Assembly (NCBI GenBank): GCA_002269645.1
Contig: NIVC01004024.1
Coordinates: forward strand, 1 to 63,967
Reading direction: 5' to 3'
DNA from: Macrostomum lignano
Lineage: Eukaryota
DNA length: 63,967 nt
Below, piece after piece: positions 1-15,167 of this stretch. Every line of letters begins with the position of its first letter. Positions within the stretch are counted from its first letter, which is position 1. Below the pieces are notes generated by a model. The model saw only the letters and a program-made list of their open reading frames with translations, had not been told where the DNA came from and made no database searches. The position numbers and the translations under genes were made by a program.

Positions 1-764
1 TAAGTGACTCTAGGCGAGTCTAGAGCGATGAGATGTCACGGTAAAGTCGCCAAAAGTCTTCCCAAGAGTGACTTTGAAGCGTTTTATGGTCTGCGACTCG
101 AAAACAACTGTGGGGCGACGTTAAAATGACTTTGAAGCCGTAGAGACGTATTTGAGGCGTGCCAGAGTCTCTCTAGAGTCTCCGAGTTGTGTTTGAAGCA
201 CATTTACGTCGCCTGACGAATTCAAGGCTACATGTAGCTTATTAAAAAACGTGTATTGCATTTCTTTGGCTCCCCAACGGGGGGCGTAGATTGCTAGTCT
301 CTAGCGAAAGTAAAGCGCAAACACAACGATTCTTAGGCGACTATTTCGAGACTCTTACGATTCGAAAACTAACGTGACGCGGTTGTGACGCAAAAATCGC
401 CTCTCCGTCGCACACAGACGCGTTTGAGTCGTTAGAGTCGCCCAATCGCTACAGTCACTGGTGAGTTGTTTGCAACGACTTTTAAGCGATTCTTGTCACA
501 ATATCGTTTTCAACGGGCATTCCTCTGGCCCCTACCGCACAACGGATGCGTAGGCTACAGGGGCGCGCATCTGCCCGTACTTCTCACTGTCAGGCAGTGA
601 GGCCTCGGGCCACTTGCGCATGAATTGCACAGGCCCGCAGCCCAGCATTCAATGCGCGAACAGAAAATTACTGCCGGGGCGGAATTGAACCCCGGTAGCT
701 TTGGTGCAGCGTTACGCTTCACCCCAAGCCCCAAATCAGTCCCGCGCTGCTATTGCCAACTCAC

Positions 765-3384
<2,620 letters not shown>

Positions 3385-3487
3385 GTAAGTGAATATGTTC
3401 AACATGGATTAAAAATAACTTAAAGTACCTTTACAATTCGCTATGGCTACAGATTGACTACAGAAGGGAACTAACGGGCTGCGACTC

Positions 3488-4005
3488 GGATTTGGCTGGG
3501 ATTCAGAGTGGCCCGGATTGGCTGGGATTCAGAGTGGCCCTGATTGGCTGCGACTCAGGATGGCCCGGATTGGCTGGGATTCAGAGTGGCCCGGATTGGC
3601 TGGGATTCAGAGTGGCCCGGATTGGCTGGGATTCAGAGTGGCCCGGATTGGCTGGGATTCAGAGTGGCCCTGATTGGCTGCGACTCAGGATGGCCCGGAT
3701 TGGCTGGGATTCAGAGTGGCCCGGATTGGCTGGGATTCAGAGTGGCCCGGATTGGCTGGGATTCAGAGTGGCCCTGATTGGCTGCGACTCAGGATGGCTG
3801 GGATTCGGGGTGATCGTGATTGGCTGCGACTCAGGAAGGCTCAGATTGTCTAGGATTCATGGTGGCTCTGATTGGCTGCGAATCAGGATGTCTGTGATTG
3901 GCTGGGATTCAGGGTGGCCCTGATTGGCTGCGACTCACGATGGCCCCGATTGGCTTTGACTCTAGGTGGCTCAGATTGTCTAGGATTCATGGTGGCTCTT
4001 ATTGG
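3488..4005. repeat. 26-bp minisatellite (GGATTGGCTGGGATTCAGAGTGGCCC) with a CCAAT core
   Basis: About 20 variably degenerate units; on the minus strand each contains CAGCCAATC. Confidence 0.93.
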
Positions 4006-4631
4006 CCCGTTCAGGATAGCGTCCCTATGCAATCAGAAATTATACCTATAAAATAAATTTGGAGGCAGTCAGAATCGTCCAGCAGCATCGATAAACTATC
4101 GGCAATGCATTTAATTGAACAAAAAGATTGAAAATGCAAAACAAGCAATCGGAAACTGTTACAAATCACAATTCTTTTAAATTCTATTAAATGTGTCATT
4201 TTAAACACGCATGGCATACTATTGACCAAAGGCAAAAGACTTAATTGTCGCATTGCAAAAGAAAGTTATTTTTTTATAGCTAAGTTAGCTGGCTTGCTAA
4301 GCGTGTTGGACGAGATGACAGCGCTAACTGCTTCTTATTAGGTTGGCTGCTTTGTGACGGATTTTTTGGTTGAAATGCAGATTGATAGGTTGGTGTGGAA
4401 ATTGGCTGGTTGATTTGCGTGTTTGTTGCTATGCGTTAAGGGTCTGCTGCTATGCGTTAAGAGTCTGTTGCTATGCGATAGGGTCTGTTACTATGCGTTA
4501 AGGGTCTGTTGCTATGCGGAAGATTCTGTTGCTATGCGTAAGGGTTACTATGAGTTGATGGCTGCAATGCTATGCCATGAGACAGTAACTATAAAATAAT
4601 CGTGTTTAGACCGGTGGCAACGCGGTGCACT

Positions 4632-7600
4632 TCAAGGGTCGGCCTCGTCCTCCAGCCCGAAGCCGGGCTCCCAGTCGATGGTCTGCGGCACGGCCACAGT
4701 CTCGAAGCAGACAATCTGATCGCCGGGCAGGTAGGAGACGCCGGCGGGCAGGTCAAGCTGGACTCCGCACTCCATGCCGCTGCGCACTGTCTCTACGGTT
4801 GACTTGAGGTGCCGCAGGCTGGCGCACCGGCCGGTGAAAACTGTCTGGCCGTTGCGCACCAACCGGAAATGCTTCTTCCGGCTGAGCTGGCCGGACTTGC
4901 AGGCGCAGCCGGCCACGGCCACTTTGTGGTGGCTGCCACCGGGGCCGGGGCCGCTGACGTGGAACACCTGCAGCACGTCGGCGCTGCCGAGTGGCCGCTC
5001 CTCCTCCTTGGGCGGCAGCGCGGCGGTCAGGCGGGCCTTCAGGTCCGCGATCATGTGGTACACCACCCGGTGCTCCAGGACCGGCACGCCCGCGGCTGCG
5101 GCTGCTGTCGAGACGCCCTGCGGCACCTGCCGGAAAAAAAACACGCGACGGTCGCGACCGCATTGACTTCCATGTGGATCGAACAAGTCTTTGCGAATTT
5201 CCCACAACACCCTCACTGATTGAATGGTGGAATTTCCACAACACCCTCACTGATTGAATGGAGGAATTTCCACAACACCCTCACTGATTGAATGGTAGAA
5301 TTTCCCACAACACCCTCACTGATTGAATGGTGGAATTTCCACAACACCCTCACTGATTGAATGGTGGAATTTCCCACAACACCCTCACTAATTGAATGGA
5401 GGAATTTCCACAATACCCGATCTCTCACTCTCTCACCGGAACATTGAAGCAGCACAGAAGGCCGTCGAAATCGGCCAGCGTCTCCACGTCGCTGATGGTG
5501 GGCGGGCCGACCTCGAAGCTGACCAGGTCGAGGTGGCAGCGCGGATCGGCGTAGCCGGACAGCAGGCCCAGGATGGCCTCCAGGCTGCCGTCGGCGTCGG
5601 CCCGGATGGTCAGCGACAGGCGGGGCTCGGTGCCTGCGGAATCGAGTCAGAGAATCGATTTGTGTACAATAATTTCACGGCATGTTTGTCACTTTGGTAT
5701 ACAATCGTAACATCAATAAACTCTACGACTTTATAATCAGTTCTTATCCTATATACTAAATAAGTACTAAAATGTAACAAATTGCACAAATAAATACAAA
5801 AAATGCGTAAGGTAACTTATTCAGTAGTTATTCAGAGGGTACTAGAAAGATAACGTTAAAGTGCAGAGAGAACTTTAGAGAAAGTGCACAAAGAGCTTTG
5901 GAGAAAGTGAGTAAAGAACTTTAGAGAAAGTGCACAAAGAACTTTAAAGAAAGTGCGTAGAGAACTCTAGAGAAAGTGCGTGGAGAACTCTAAAGAAAGT
6001 GCGCAGAGAACTTTAGAGACAGTGCGTGGAGAACTCTAAAGAAAGTGCGCAGAGAACTTTAGAGACAGTGCGCAGAGAACTTTAGAAACAGTGCGCAGAG
6101 AACTTTAGAGACAGTGCGCAGAGAACTTTAGAGACAGTGCGCAGAGAACTTTAGAGAAAGTGCGAAGAGAACTTTAGAGAAAGTGCACAAAGAACTTTGG
6201 AGAAAGTGAGTAGAGATTTTTAGAGAAAGTGCGTAGAGAACTTTAGAGAAAGTGCGTAGAGAACTTTAGAGAAAGTGCACAAAGAACTTTAGAGAAAGTG
6301 CACAAAGAACTTTAGAGAAAGTGCGTGAGAACTTTAAAGAAAGTGCGTAGAGAACTTTAGAGAAAGTGCGTAGAGAACCTCGAAACGAAGATCCTAAAAA
6401 TATGATCAACAACGAGACCCACCATGCGCAAACTTCGAGTCCATCAGCTGCCGGGCGGTGTCCGCCAGCTCGTCGCTGGCCTTGTGCCGCCTTCGCTCCC
6501 TGATGGACATGTCAGCCAAGCCGGCCAGGTGCTCGCTGTAGGCCCGCTGCCACTCCCGCCTGGACTCCTCGCTGGCCGCGGCGTCAGCGACAGACTTGGC
6601 CTCTACAGCGCGGCGCTCTCGCTGCGCAATGACCGCCCTGGCGAGCCGCTCGGAGGCCGCCTCGAGCGCGGACTCACCGGCCGGAGGCAGCTGGCGCCAG
6701 CCGGCAATCTCGGCCGCCCGGCCAGGAAGCAGACGGTCAACTGGCCGGCCCAGGTCGTCAGTCATGCGGCGCACCCGGCAGAAGGCGCGGCCGGCCACCA
6801 GGACGGTGCCCGGCTTCACGCAGCCGCGGGTGCACAGGAGGCTGGCGGTTTTGCCAAGGCCCTGGGCAGATAAAACACAGCGATGATTGACAGGTACAAG
6901 AGTATGTAATAGACTCTCACAATCCCATTTTAAACCAACATTTCTGTCAATCCAAAAATCAGAGCCTCTAATAATTTGAGAAATTTTAAATCCCAGCCAA
7001 TCACAGCCAATCACAGCAATCCAAAATGCCAACCACTCACAGTGCCAGTCAATCATTGCAATCCAAAATCTCAGCCAATCAGAGCAAGTTAAAATCTCAG
7101 CCAATCAGAGCAAGTCAAAATCTCAGCCAATCAGAGCAAGTTAAAATCTCAGCCAATCAGAGCAAGTTAAAATCCCAGCCAATCAGAGCAATCCAAAATC
7201 CTAGCCAATCACAGCAATCCAAAATCCTAGCCAATCACAGCAATCCAAAATCCTAGCCAATCACAGCAATCCAAAATCCTAGCCAATCACAGCAATCCAA
7301 AATCCAGCCAATCACAGCAATCCAAAATCCTAGCCAATCACAGCAATCCGAAATCCTAGCCAAACAGAGCAATCCCGAGCCGAATTACCTTTGACTGACC
7401 GGACTCGATAACGACGCCCTCAGCCCGGCCCTGCACGTTGGCCCGCAACTCCAGCAGCTCCGCCAGGGCCAGGACGGCCTCAAGCAGTCGCTCGACGCCG
7501 CTGCCCTTCAGCGCAGACACCGGCACGCACTGGACGTCGCCTCCGAGTTCTTCAACCAGTACGCCGTGCTTGCTGAGCTCCTGCATGACGGAGTCGGGCT

Positions 7601-10600
7601 GCGCCTCGCGCTTGTCCACCTTGTTGACGGCCACCACCATGGGGACGCCAGCGGCCGATATGTAGCGCAGGCTCTCCAGCGTCTGCGGCATGACGCCATC
7701 GTCGGCGGCGACCACCAGAATGGCGATGTCGGTGGCGCTGGCGCCTCGCTGGCGCATGTTGCTGAAGGCGGCGTGGCCCGGAGTGTCCAAGAAGGTGATG
7801 CAGCCTGCGGCAGTGCGGAGGGGCCGCGTGTGTGGGGGATTTTCCTCCTCTGATCCCATGAATCTCCACCCGATGGATTGAAGTGCTAGCCTAGTAAAAG
7901 GGAAACAGCTGATCCTAAAATTCCAAACTACACGTGTCTGAAGGATGCCAAGCCTGACAAATCCCCATTTTTACGAAGCAGGGGGGTTGTGTGCACCCTG
8001 GCGCACTTTAAGCGACTTTTTGTCACCCAACCGGCGAGAGGCATTGCTGCACACAAGCGCAAGGATACAGTGTACAGCGGCCCTAACTTTATTTATCCTT
8101 AGGCATGTACACTTCACTGTGCCTTGGAAATTGGCCCTCAAGGGCGTTAATTACACAAGCAGATCCAACGATTGATTGCACTTGAAATCGAGCCTGGGCC
8201 GCTGGCACATCTAAACGCTCATTAGAAATCCCTAAAGAAATTATCCCAACTAGAATTACCCGAACCTGTGACCCCAAGCTCAGAAGTGGCAGCGGGAGGA
8301 CCCCCTAAGCGCATACCGTCTCTGTTGTCATCCGAGGCGGCCTGCGGCAGCTGCACGGTGAAGGCACCAATCCGCTGGGTGATGCCGCCAAACTCGGCTT
8401 CCACAAGCCGCGAGTGGCGCAGCCGGTCCAGCAGGGTGGTCTTGCCGTGGTCCACGTGGCCCAGGATGGCCACCACTGGCGGCCGGCGAGCCAAGTTCTG
8501 GGCGCTGTCGGCTGCGTCACTGGCTGGATGGAGAAGAGCAGCCTCCGGATCGTCAGGATCGAAGTCTTGGCTGCTGCTGCTGCTGAGAGGGCGGAGTGGT
8601 GTGTCTAACAGCTGCATGATAGAGTCTAACAGGTGAGATTCGTGTCTAGCAGCTGCATGATATATAGGCTCTAACAGGTGAGATTCGTATCTAACAGCTG
8701 CATGATAGAGTCTAACAGGTGAGATTCGTGTCTAACAGCTGCATGATATATAGGCTCTAACAGGTGAGATTCGTATCTAACAGCTGCATGATAGAGTCTA
8801 ACAGGTGAGATTCGTGTCTAGCAGCTGCATGATATATAGGCTCTAACAGGTGAGATTCGTATCTAACAGCTGCATGATAGAGTCTAACAGGTGAGATTCG
8901 TGTCTAACAGCTGCATGATAGAGTCTAACAACTGAGATTCGTGTCTAACAGCTGCATGATAGGCTTTGACAGGTGAGATTCGTGTTTAACAGCTGCATGA
9001 GAGTCTAACAGGTGAGATTCGTGTCTAACAGCTGCATGATATATAGGCTCTAACAGGTGAGATTCGTGTCTAACAGCTGCATGATAGAGTCTAACAACTG
9101 AGATTCGTGTCTAACAGCTGCATGATAAAGTCTAACAACTGAGATTCGTGTCTAACAGCTGCATGATAGAGTCTAACAACTGAGATTCGTGTCTAACAGC
9201 TGCATGATAGGCTTTGACAGGTGAGATTCGTGTTTAACAGCTGCATGAGAGTCTAACAGGTGAGATTCGTGTCTAACAGCTGCATGATATATAGGCTCTA
9301 ACAGGTGAGATTCGTGTCTAACAGCTGCATGATAGAGTCTAACAACTGAGATTCGTGTCTAACAGCTGCATGATAGAGTCTAACAACTGAGATTCGTGTC
9401 TAACAGCTGCATGATAGAGTCTAACAACTGAGATTCGTGTCTAACAGCTGCATGATAGAGTCTAACAACTGAGATTCGTGTCTAACAGCTGCATGATAGA
9501 GTCTAACAACTGAGATTCGTGTCTAACAGCTGCATGATAGGCTTTGACAGGTGAGATTCGTGTTTAACAGCTGCATGAGAGTCTAACAGGTGAGATTCGT
9601 GTCTAACAGCTGCATGATATATAGGCTCTAACAGGTGAGATTCGTGTCTAACAGCTGCATGATAGAGTCTAACAACTGAGATTCGTGTCTAACAGCTGCA
9701 TGATAGAGTCTAACAACTGAGATTCGTGTCTAACAGCTGCATGATAGAGTCTAACAACTGAGATTCGTGTCTAACAGCTGCATGATAGAGTCTAACAGGT
9801 GAGATTCGTGACTAACAGCTGCATGATAGAGTCTAACAGGTGAGATTCGTGTCTAACAGCTGCATGAGAGTCTAACAGGTGAGATTTGTGTCTAACAGCT
9901 GCATGACGAAAAGGTGACTGTTGAGTAACCTCATGGCAAACAAATGTACTCAACAAATTTACGGCTAAAATTAAGTCCATGGTGTCTAAGAAGGAAGTCA
10001 CGATGTTTATAAATTAATAAACTGCATAGTCTTTTAGCACTACCTAATGACTGTAGCAGCGCCGCCAACTGCGGCCGGGTGATGAGGCCTGAGAGACTGG
10101 TCGGCATGCTGAGGCTGCAGGTGATGAGGCCTGGGAGGCTGGTCGGCATGCTGAGGCTGCAGGTGATGAGGCCTGGGAGGCTGGTCGGCATGCTGAGGCT
10201 GCAGGTGATGAGGCCTGGGAGGCTGGTCGGCAGGCTGCTGAGGCTGCAGGTGATGAGGCCTGGGAGGCTGGTCGGCATGCGGAGGTTGCTGGTGATGAGG
10301 AGTGGGAGGCTGGGGCTGCAGGGGCGCCTCCCCATCGGGGGCGGCATCAAGCAGGAGGAAGTCGCGGCCGTACACGCGGCAGACTTGCGCCACGCAGTCC
10401 GCATCTGTGAGGGGGGTGTCCGGCCGGAGTCGGCCGCGGAATCCGACGCGCTTAGCGCTGTGTCCGACAACTTTAGCGTCGCGTCCGAGCTGCTCGGCCA
10501 GTCGGGCCAGCGGCATGCCCGGCCAGAGCTGCACGGGGGGTAGCGGAGTTTTCTTTCTCGGCGCCTTGCCCTCCGAAGCCGCCCAAGGTCGCAGGTCCTC

Positions 10601-10777
10601 TTTGGCGATGTCGACGCGCTTGGCGAGTCCACCGATGGGGGCCGTGTGCAGCGAGGAGAGCAGGACGGAGACTGGGGATGAGGCGGAGGCTGCTCGCTGG
10701 CAGCTGAGACGGAGGCCGCCCAGGCCGGCGGCGGCTGTCACTGACAACTGCAACGGGGATTCCAAGGGGATTAGCAT
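4632..10777 (-). CDS. MTIF2: Mitochondrial translation initiation factor IF-2, 6 exons
   Basis: Exons: 10777-10044, 8582-8317, 7804-7389, 6861-6423, 5633-5437, 5126-4632. All junctions are GT-AG and phase-consistent. Motifs: transit-peptide-like N-terminus, [21 protein letters not shown] (G1), [11 protein letters not shown] (G3), VNKVD (G4), [12 protein letters not shown], and C-terminal GMECG. The end of exon 1 is the least certain junction. Confidence 0.92.
5199..5412. repeat. ~36-bp intronic minisatellite (TTCCCACAACACCCTCACTGATTGAATGGTGGAAT)
   Basis: About 6 units in the last MTIF2 intron. Confidence 0.93.
5865..6377. repeat. 23-bp intronic minisatellite (AGAGAACTTTAGAGAAAGTGCGC)
   Basis: About 22 units in MTIF2 intron 4. 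Confidence 0.93.
6990..7355. repeat. 26-bp intronic minisatellite with a CAGCCAATC core
   Basis: Units CAGCCAATCAGAGCAAGTTAAAATCT and AGCCAATCACAGCAATCCAAAATCCT in MTIF2 intron 3. Confidence 0.92.
7967..8210 (-). mobile_element. tRNA-derived SINE-like element, copy 1 (internally deleted)
   Basis: Shares long blocks with 18621-18933 (GCAGGGGGGTTGTGTGCACCCTGGCGCA; GTGTACAGCGGCCCTAACTTTAT; GGCATGTACACTTCACTG). The minus-strand head GTGCCAGCGGCCCAGGCTCGATTTC is B-box-like. Confidence 0.75.
8601..9905. repeat. ~39-45-bp intronic minisatellite (GTCTAACAGCTGCATGATAGAGTCTAACAGGTGAGATTCGT)
   Basis: About 30 units in MTIF2 intron 1. Confidence 0.96.
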
Positions 10778-10915
10778 TTTATAGCGGCTAGGATAGCAAC
10801 ATGGATTGGAACCATAGGGGACTAAGATAACCGGGCTGTATAAACTATTTATGAATTTCAAGCATGAGCTAGGAGTCATTCTTAACTGCATTGTACAGTA
10901 CTTCCAGACTGCTAT

Positions 10916-12078
10916 GACAAGTCAAGATCCTAGCAGGTATGGCACAGCTACAGCAGAAATTAATGAGAACACAAGGCCCAAGTCAAGATCCTAGCAGGTA
11001 TGGCACAGCTACAGCAGAAATTAATGAGAACACAAGGCCCAAGACAAGATCCTAGCAGGTATGGCACAGCTACAGCAGAAATTAATGAGAACACAAGGCC
11101 CAAGTCAAGATCCTAGCAGGTATGGCACAGCTACAGCAGAAATTAATGAGAACACAAGGCCCAAGTCAAGATCCTAGCAGGTATGGCACAGCTACAGCAG
11201 AAATTAATGAGAACACAAGGCCCAAGACAAGATCCTAGCAGGTATGGCACAGCTACAGTAGAAATTAATGAGAACACAAGGCCCAAGTCAAGATCCTAGC
11301 AGGTATGGCACAGCTACAGCAGAAATTAATGAGAACACAAGGCCCAAGACAAGATCCTAGCAGGTATGGCACAGCTACAGCAGAAATTAATGAGAACACA
11401 AGGCCCAAGACAAGATCCTAGCAGGTATGGCACAGCTACAGCAGAAATTAATGAGAACACAAGGCCCAAGACAAGATCCTAGCAGGTATGGCACAGCTAC
11501 AGCAGAAATTAATGAGAACACAAGGCCCAAGACAAGATCCTAGCAGGTATGGCACAGCTACAGCAGAAATTAATGAGAACACAAGGCCCAAGTCAAAATC
11601 CTAGCAGGTATGGCACAGCTACACCAGAAATTAATGAGAACACAAGGCCCAAGTCAAAATCCTAGCAGGTATGGCACAGCTACAGCAGAAATTAATGAGA
11701 ACACAAGGCCCAAGACAAGATCCTAGCAGGTATGGCACAGCTACACCAGAAATTAATGAGAACACAAGGCCCAAGTCAAGATCCTAGCAGGTATGGCACA
11801 GCTACAGCAGAAATTAATGAGAACACAAGGCCCAAGACAAGATCCTAGCAGGTATGGCACAGCTGCAGCAGAAATTAATGAGAACACAAGGCCCAAGTCA
11901 AGATCCTAGCAGGTATGGCACAGCTGCAGCAGAAATTAATGAGAACACAAGGCCCAAGACAAGATCCTAGCAGGTATGGCACAGCTACAGCAGAAATTAA
12001 TGAGAACACAAGGCCCAAGACAAGATCCTAGCAGGTATGGCACAGCTACAGCAGAAATTAATGAGAACACAAGGCCCA
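10916..12078. repeat. 61-bp tandem repeat, ~19 near-identical copies, directly upstream of MTIF2
   Basis: Unit GTCAAGATCCTAGCAGGTATGGCACAGCTACAGCAGAAATTAATGAGAACACAAGGCCCAA. Confidence 0.97.
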
Positions 12079-12479
12079 ACGCAAGCTGATAAACATTGAA
12101 TCGGTCTAGACTGAAAGCTTTAATTTTGGAATTTCTCATTTATGCACAACAGAATATAAGTATAGATATAGTATATTTATAATTATTCATAATGCTTAGG
12201 CAATATTTCGTATGCAACAGCATGAGACGGAGGCAAAGCAGCTTGTGCACAGTGCAGTTGCAAGCAATAATAAAAGACAGATTGGTATAGGCCATGAACA
12301 AGCATTTCTTTGCACAAATTTTAGAAAACCATCGAGACATTGAATAAACTTCATTACAAATGTAATTGCGCCCGAAATACCGGACACTGAGGCCAAGCTT
12401 TTTTTAAAGTACAAAGCCGTTTGCTAGCAATCTTAGCATCCATTGCATGTTGGAGTGAGAGTTATGGATCTCTACTGTA

Positions 12480-12880
12480 CATTGGGTAGGAGCAGGGGGT
12501 TGGAGGTCAGGTCTACAGGGTACATTGGGGCAGGGGGTTGGAGGCCTACAGTGTACATTGGGGCAGGGGGTTGGAGGCCTACAGTGTACATTGGGGCAGG
12601 GGGTTGGAGCCCTACAGTGTACATTGGGGCAGGGGGTTGGAGGTCTACAGTGCACATTGGGGCAGGGGGTTGGAGCCCTACAGTGTACATTGGGGCAGGG
12701 GGTTGGAGGCCTACAGTGTACATTGGGCAGGGGGTTGGAGCCCTACAGTGTACATTGGGGCAGGGGTTGGAGGTCTACAGTGTACATTGGGGCAGGGGGT
12801 TGGAGCCCTACAGTGTACATTGGGGCAGGGGGTTGGAGGCCTACAGTGTACATTGGGCCGGGGGGTTGGAGGTCTATAGT
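12480..12880. repeat. 33-bp G-rich minisatellite (GGGGCAGGGGGTTGGAGGCCTACAGTGTACATT)
   Basis: About 12 units, intergenic between Abl and MTIF2. Confidence 0.95.
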
Positions 12881-13821
12881 GTACATTGGGCCGTGGGGGG
12901 GGGGTTGGAGGTCGATAGTGCGTAGGGGGGTGTGCATCTGGGGTGCACATTGGGGAGAGGTCTGGTGACCCACAGATACGGGTTTCAAAGCGAATGAGTA
13001 AAAAACACTTTTATAACTATTGACATCCGTCTTAGCCTTCTCAGAACAGACGCAAAGATTTAATTAAGAACTAACAGTCATGACGTCATTCGCAATAATT
13101 TTTATCTGTTGTATTAAAAAGCACAATAAATTAATGCATATAAATGTGAATAGAAGTTTGTCATGTCTGCATACGCAAATATGCGGGCTCACGGCTGAGA
13201 ACTGGCGGAAATTATGCAGCAATTCAAACTCGATTTGATCGCAGAAGCAATGAAAAAAATTAGCCAGATCGAATTTTGTTACAGAGAAAAATTTGCCCTG
13301 TGGAGAAATGGTTTTGATTCCGCTTCCAAAAACTTCGGAAACTGGTCGCGGCTCTCTCTGCGAAAGAAGAAAAAGCTCGGAGCAGAAAAGCATAAATATT
13401 TATATATAATAATTATAATAATAACAGCAATGGTAACCATAACAATACTACAGAATCTCATCTCAAGTTCGAAACGGCAACAAGCAAAAAAAGTGAACTT
13501 GGAATCTTGGACAGAATTTAGAAAAGCAAATCAGAAGCAGTTTGTATTTGTACTAGCTAGTGGGCAGCTAGGGACAGCAATGCCATGCATTTCAATATCA
13601 GCACTAAAAACTGTGTACAATGTACGGATCTGTACATATCGGCAGCGAATCCTTGGGAGAAATACAAAATATTCTTGCACTGCACAGGGAAGCAGATATT
13701 GCAGACCCGTTGGGGGGAACCAGGATGGATTCAGGGACTTCTGCCGCGCCTGGACTGGAAACTAGTAGGGAGATTATTTTATTTTTTAGATTTTGCTCCT
13801 GAAACCAACTTGAACCACACC

Positions 13822-15073
13822 ACTACTGCACACCCGGGACCCCATTTGCTTGCCCTACTGCACACCCGGGCCCAGCCACTTGCTTGCCATACTGCACACC
13901 CGGGCCCAGCCACTTGCTTGCCCTACTGCACACCCGGGCCCAGCCACTTGCTTGCCCTACTGCACACCCGGGCCCAGCCACTTGCTTGCCCTACTGCACA
14001 CCCGGGCCCAGCCACTTGCTTGCCCTACTGCACACCCGGGCCCAGCCACTTGCTTGCCCTACTGCACACCCGGGCCCAGCCACTTGCTTGCCCTACTGCA
14101 CACCCGGGCCCTGCCACTTGCTTGCCCTACTGCACACCCGGGCCCAGCCACTTGCTTGCCCTACTGCACACCCGGGCCCAGCCACTTGCTTGCCCTACTG
14201 CACACCCGGGCCCTGCCACTTGCTTGCCCTACTGCACACCCGGGCCCAGCCACTTGCTTGCCCTACTGCACACCCGGGCCCTGCCACTTGCTTGCCCTAC
14301 TGCACACCCGGGCCCAGCCACTTGCTTGCCCTACTGCACACCCGGGCCCAGCCACTTGCTTGCCCTACTGCACACCCGGGCCCTGCCACTTGCTTGCCCT
14401 ACTGCACACCCGGGCCCTGCCACTTGCTTGCCCTACTGCACACCCGGGCCCTGCCACTTGCTTGCCCTACTGCACACCCGGGCCCTGCCACTTGCTTGCC
14501 CTACTGCACACCCGGGCCCTGCCACTTGCTTGCCCTACTGCACACCCAGGCCCTGCCACTTGCTTGCCCTACTGCACACCCGGGCCCAGCCACTTGCTTG
14601 CCCTACTGCACACCCGGGCCCTGCCACTTGCTTGCCCTACTGCACACCCGGGCCCAGCCACTTGCTTGCCCTACTGCACACCCGGGCCCTGCCACTTGCT
14701 TGCCCTACTGCACACCCGGGCCCTGCCACTTGCTTGCCCTACTGCACACCCGGGCCCAGCCACTTGCTTGCCCTACTGCACACCCGGGCCCTGCCACTTG
14801 CTTGCCCTACTGCACACCCGGGCCCAGCCACTTGCTTGCCCTACTGCACACCCGGGCCCTGCCACTTGCTTGCCCTACTGCACACCCGGGCCCTGCCACT
14901 TGCTTGCCCTACTGCACACCCGGGCCCTGCCACTTGCTTGCCCTACTGCACACCCGGGCCCAGCCACTTGCTTGCCCTACTGCACACCCGGGCCCTGCCA
15001 CTTGCTTGCCCTACTGCACACCCGGGCCCTGCCACTTGCTTGCCCTACTGCACACCCGGGCCCTGCCACTTGC
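13822..15073. repeat. 34-bp minisatellite (CCCGGGCCCAGCCACTTGCTTGCCCTACTGCACA)
   Basis: About 36 units, just downstream of the Abl stop codon. Confidence 0.97.
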
Positions 15074-15167
15074 TTTCCCTTGATGAACAATCGAAACCCA
15101 AGCAAAGCGCAAATTCTCCAAATAGCTTCCAATCCAGGCAACACAGAGGTCCATGGATCGGGCGGGG

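Noticed and set aside
1-500. GACT/AGTC-rich stretch suggestive of a DNA-transposon remnant
   Set aside because: I could identify no TIR/TSD pair or periodicity, and the sequence is cut by the window edge.
640-740. Minus-strand B-box-like GGTTCAATTCC (second SINE or tRNA remnant)
   Set aside because: No convincing A box or cloverleaf and no clear second copy in the window.
10916-12078. CRISPR-like appearance of regular arrays (also 52545-54088 and 58170-60303)
   Set aside because: The units are head-to-tail with no unique spacers, there are no cas genes, and the context is eukaryotic.
13214-13765. 183-aa plus-strand ORF between MTIF2 and Abl
   Set aside because: AT-rich, no recognisable domain, runs through an (ATA)n-like low-complexity stretch, and has no convincing splice structure.
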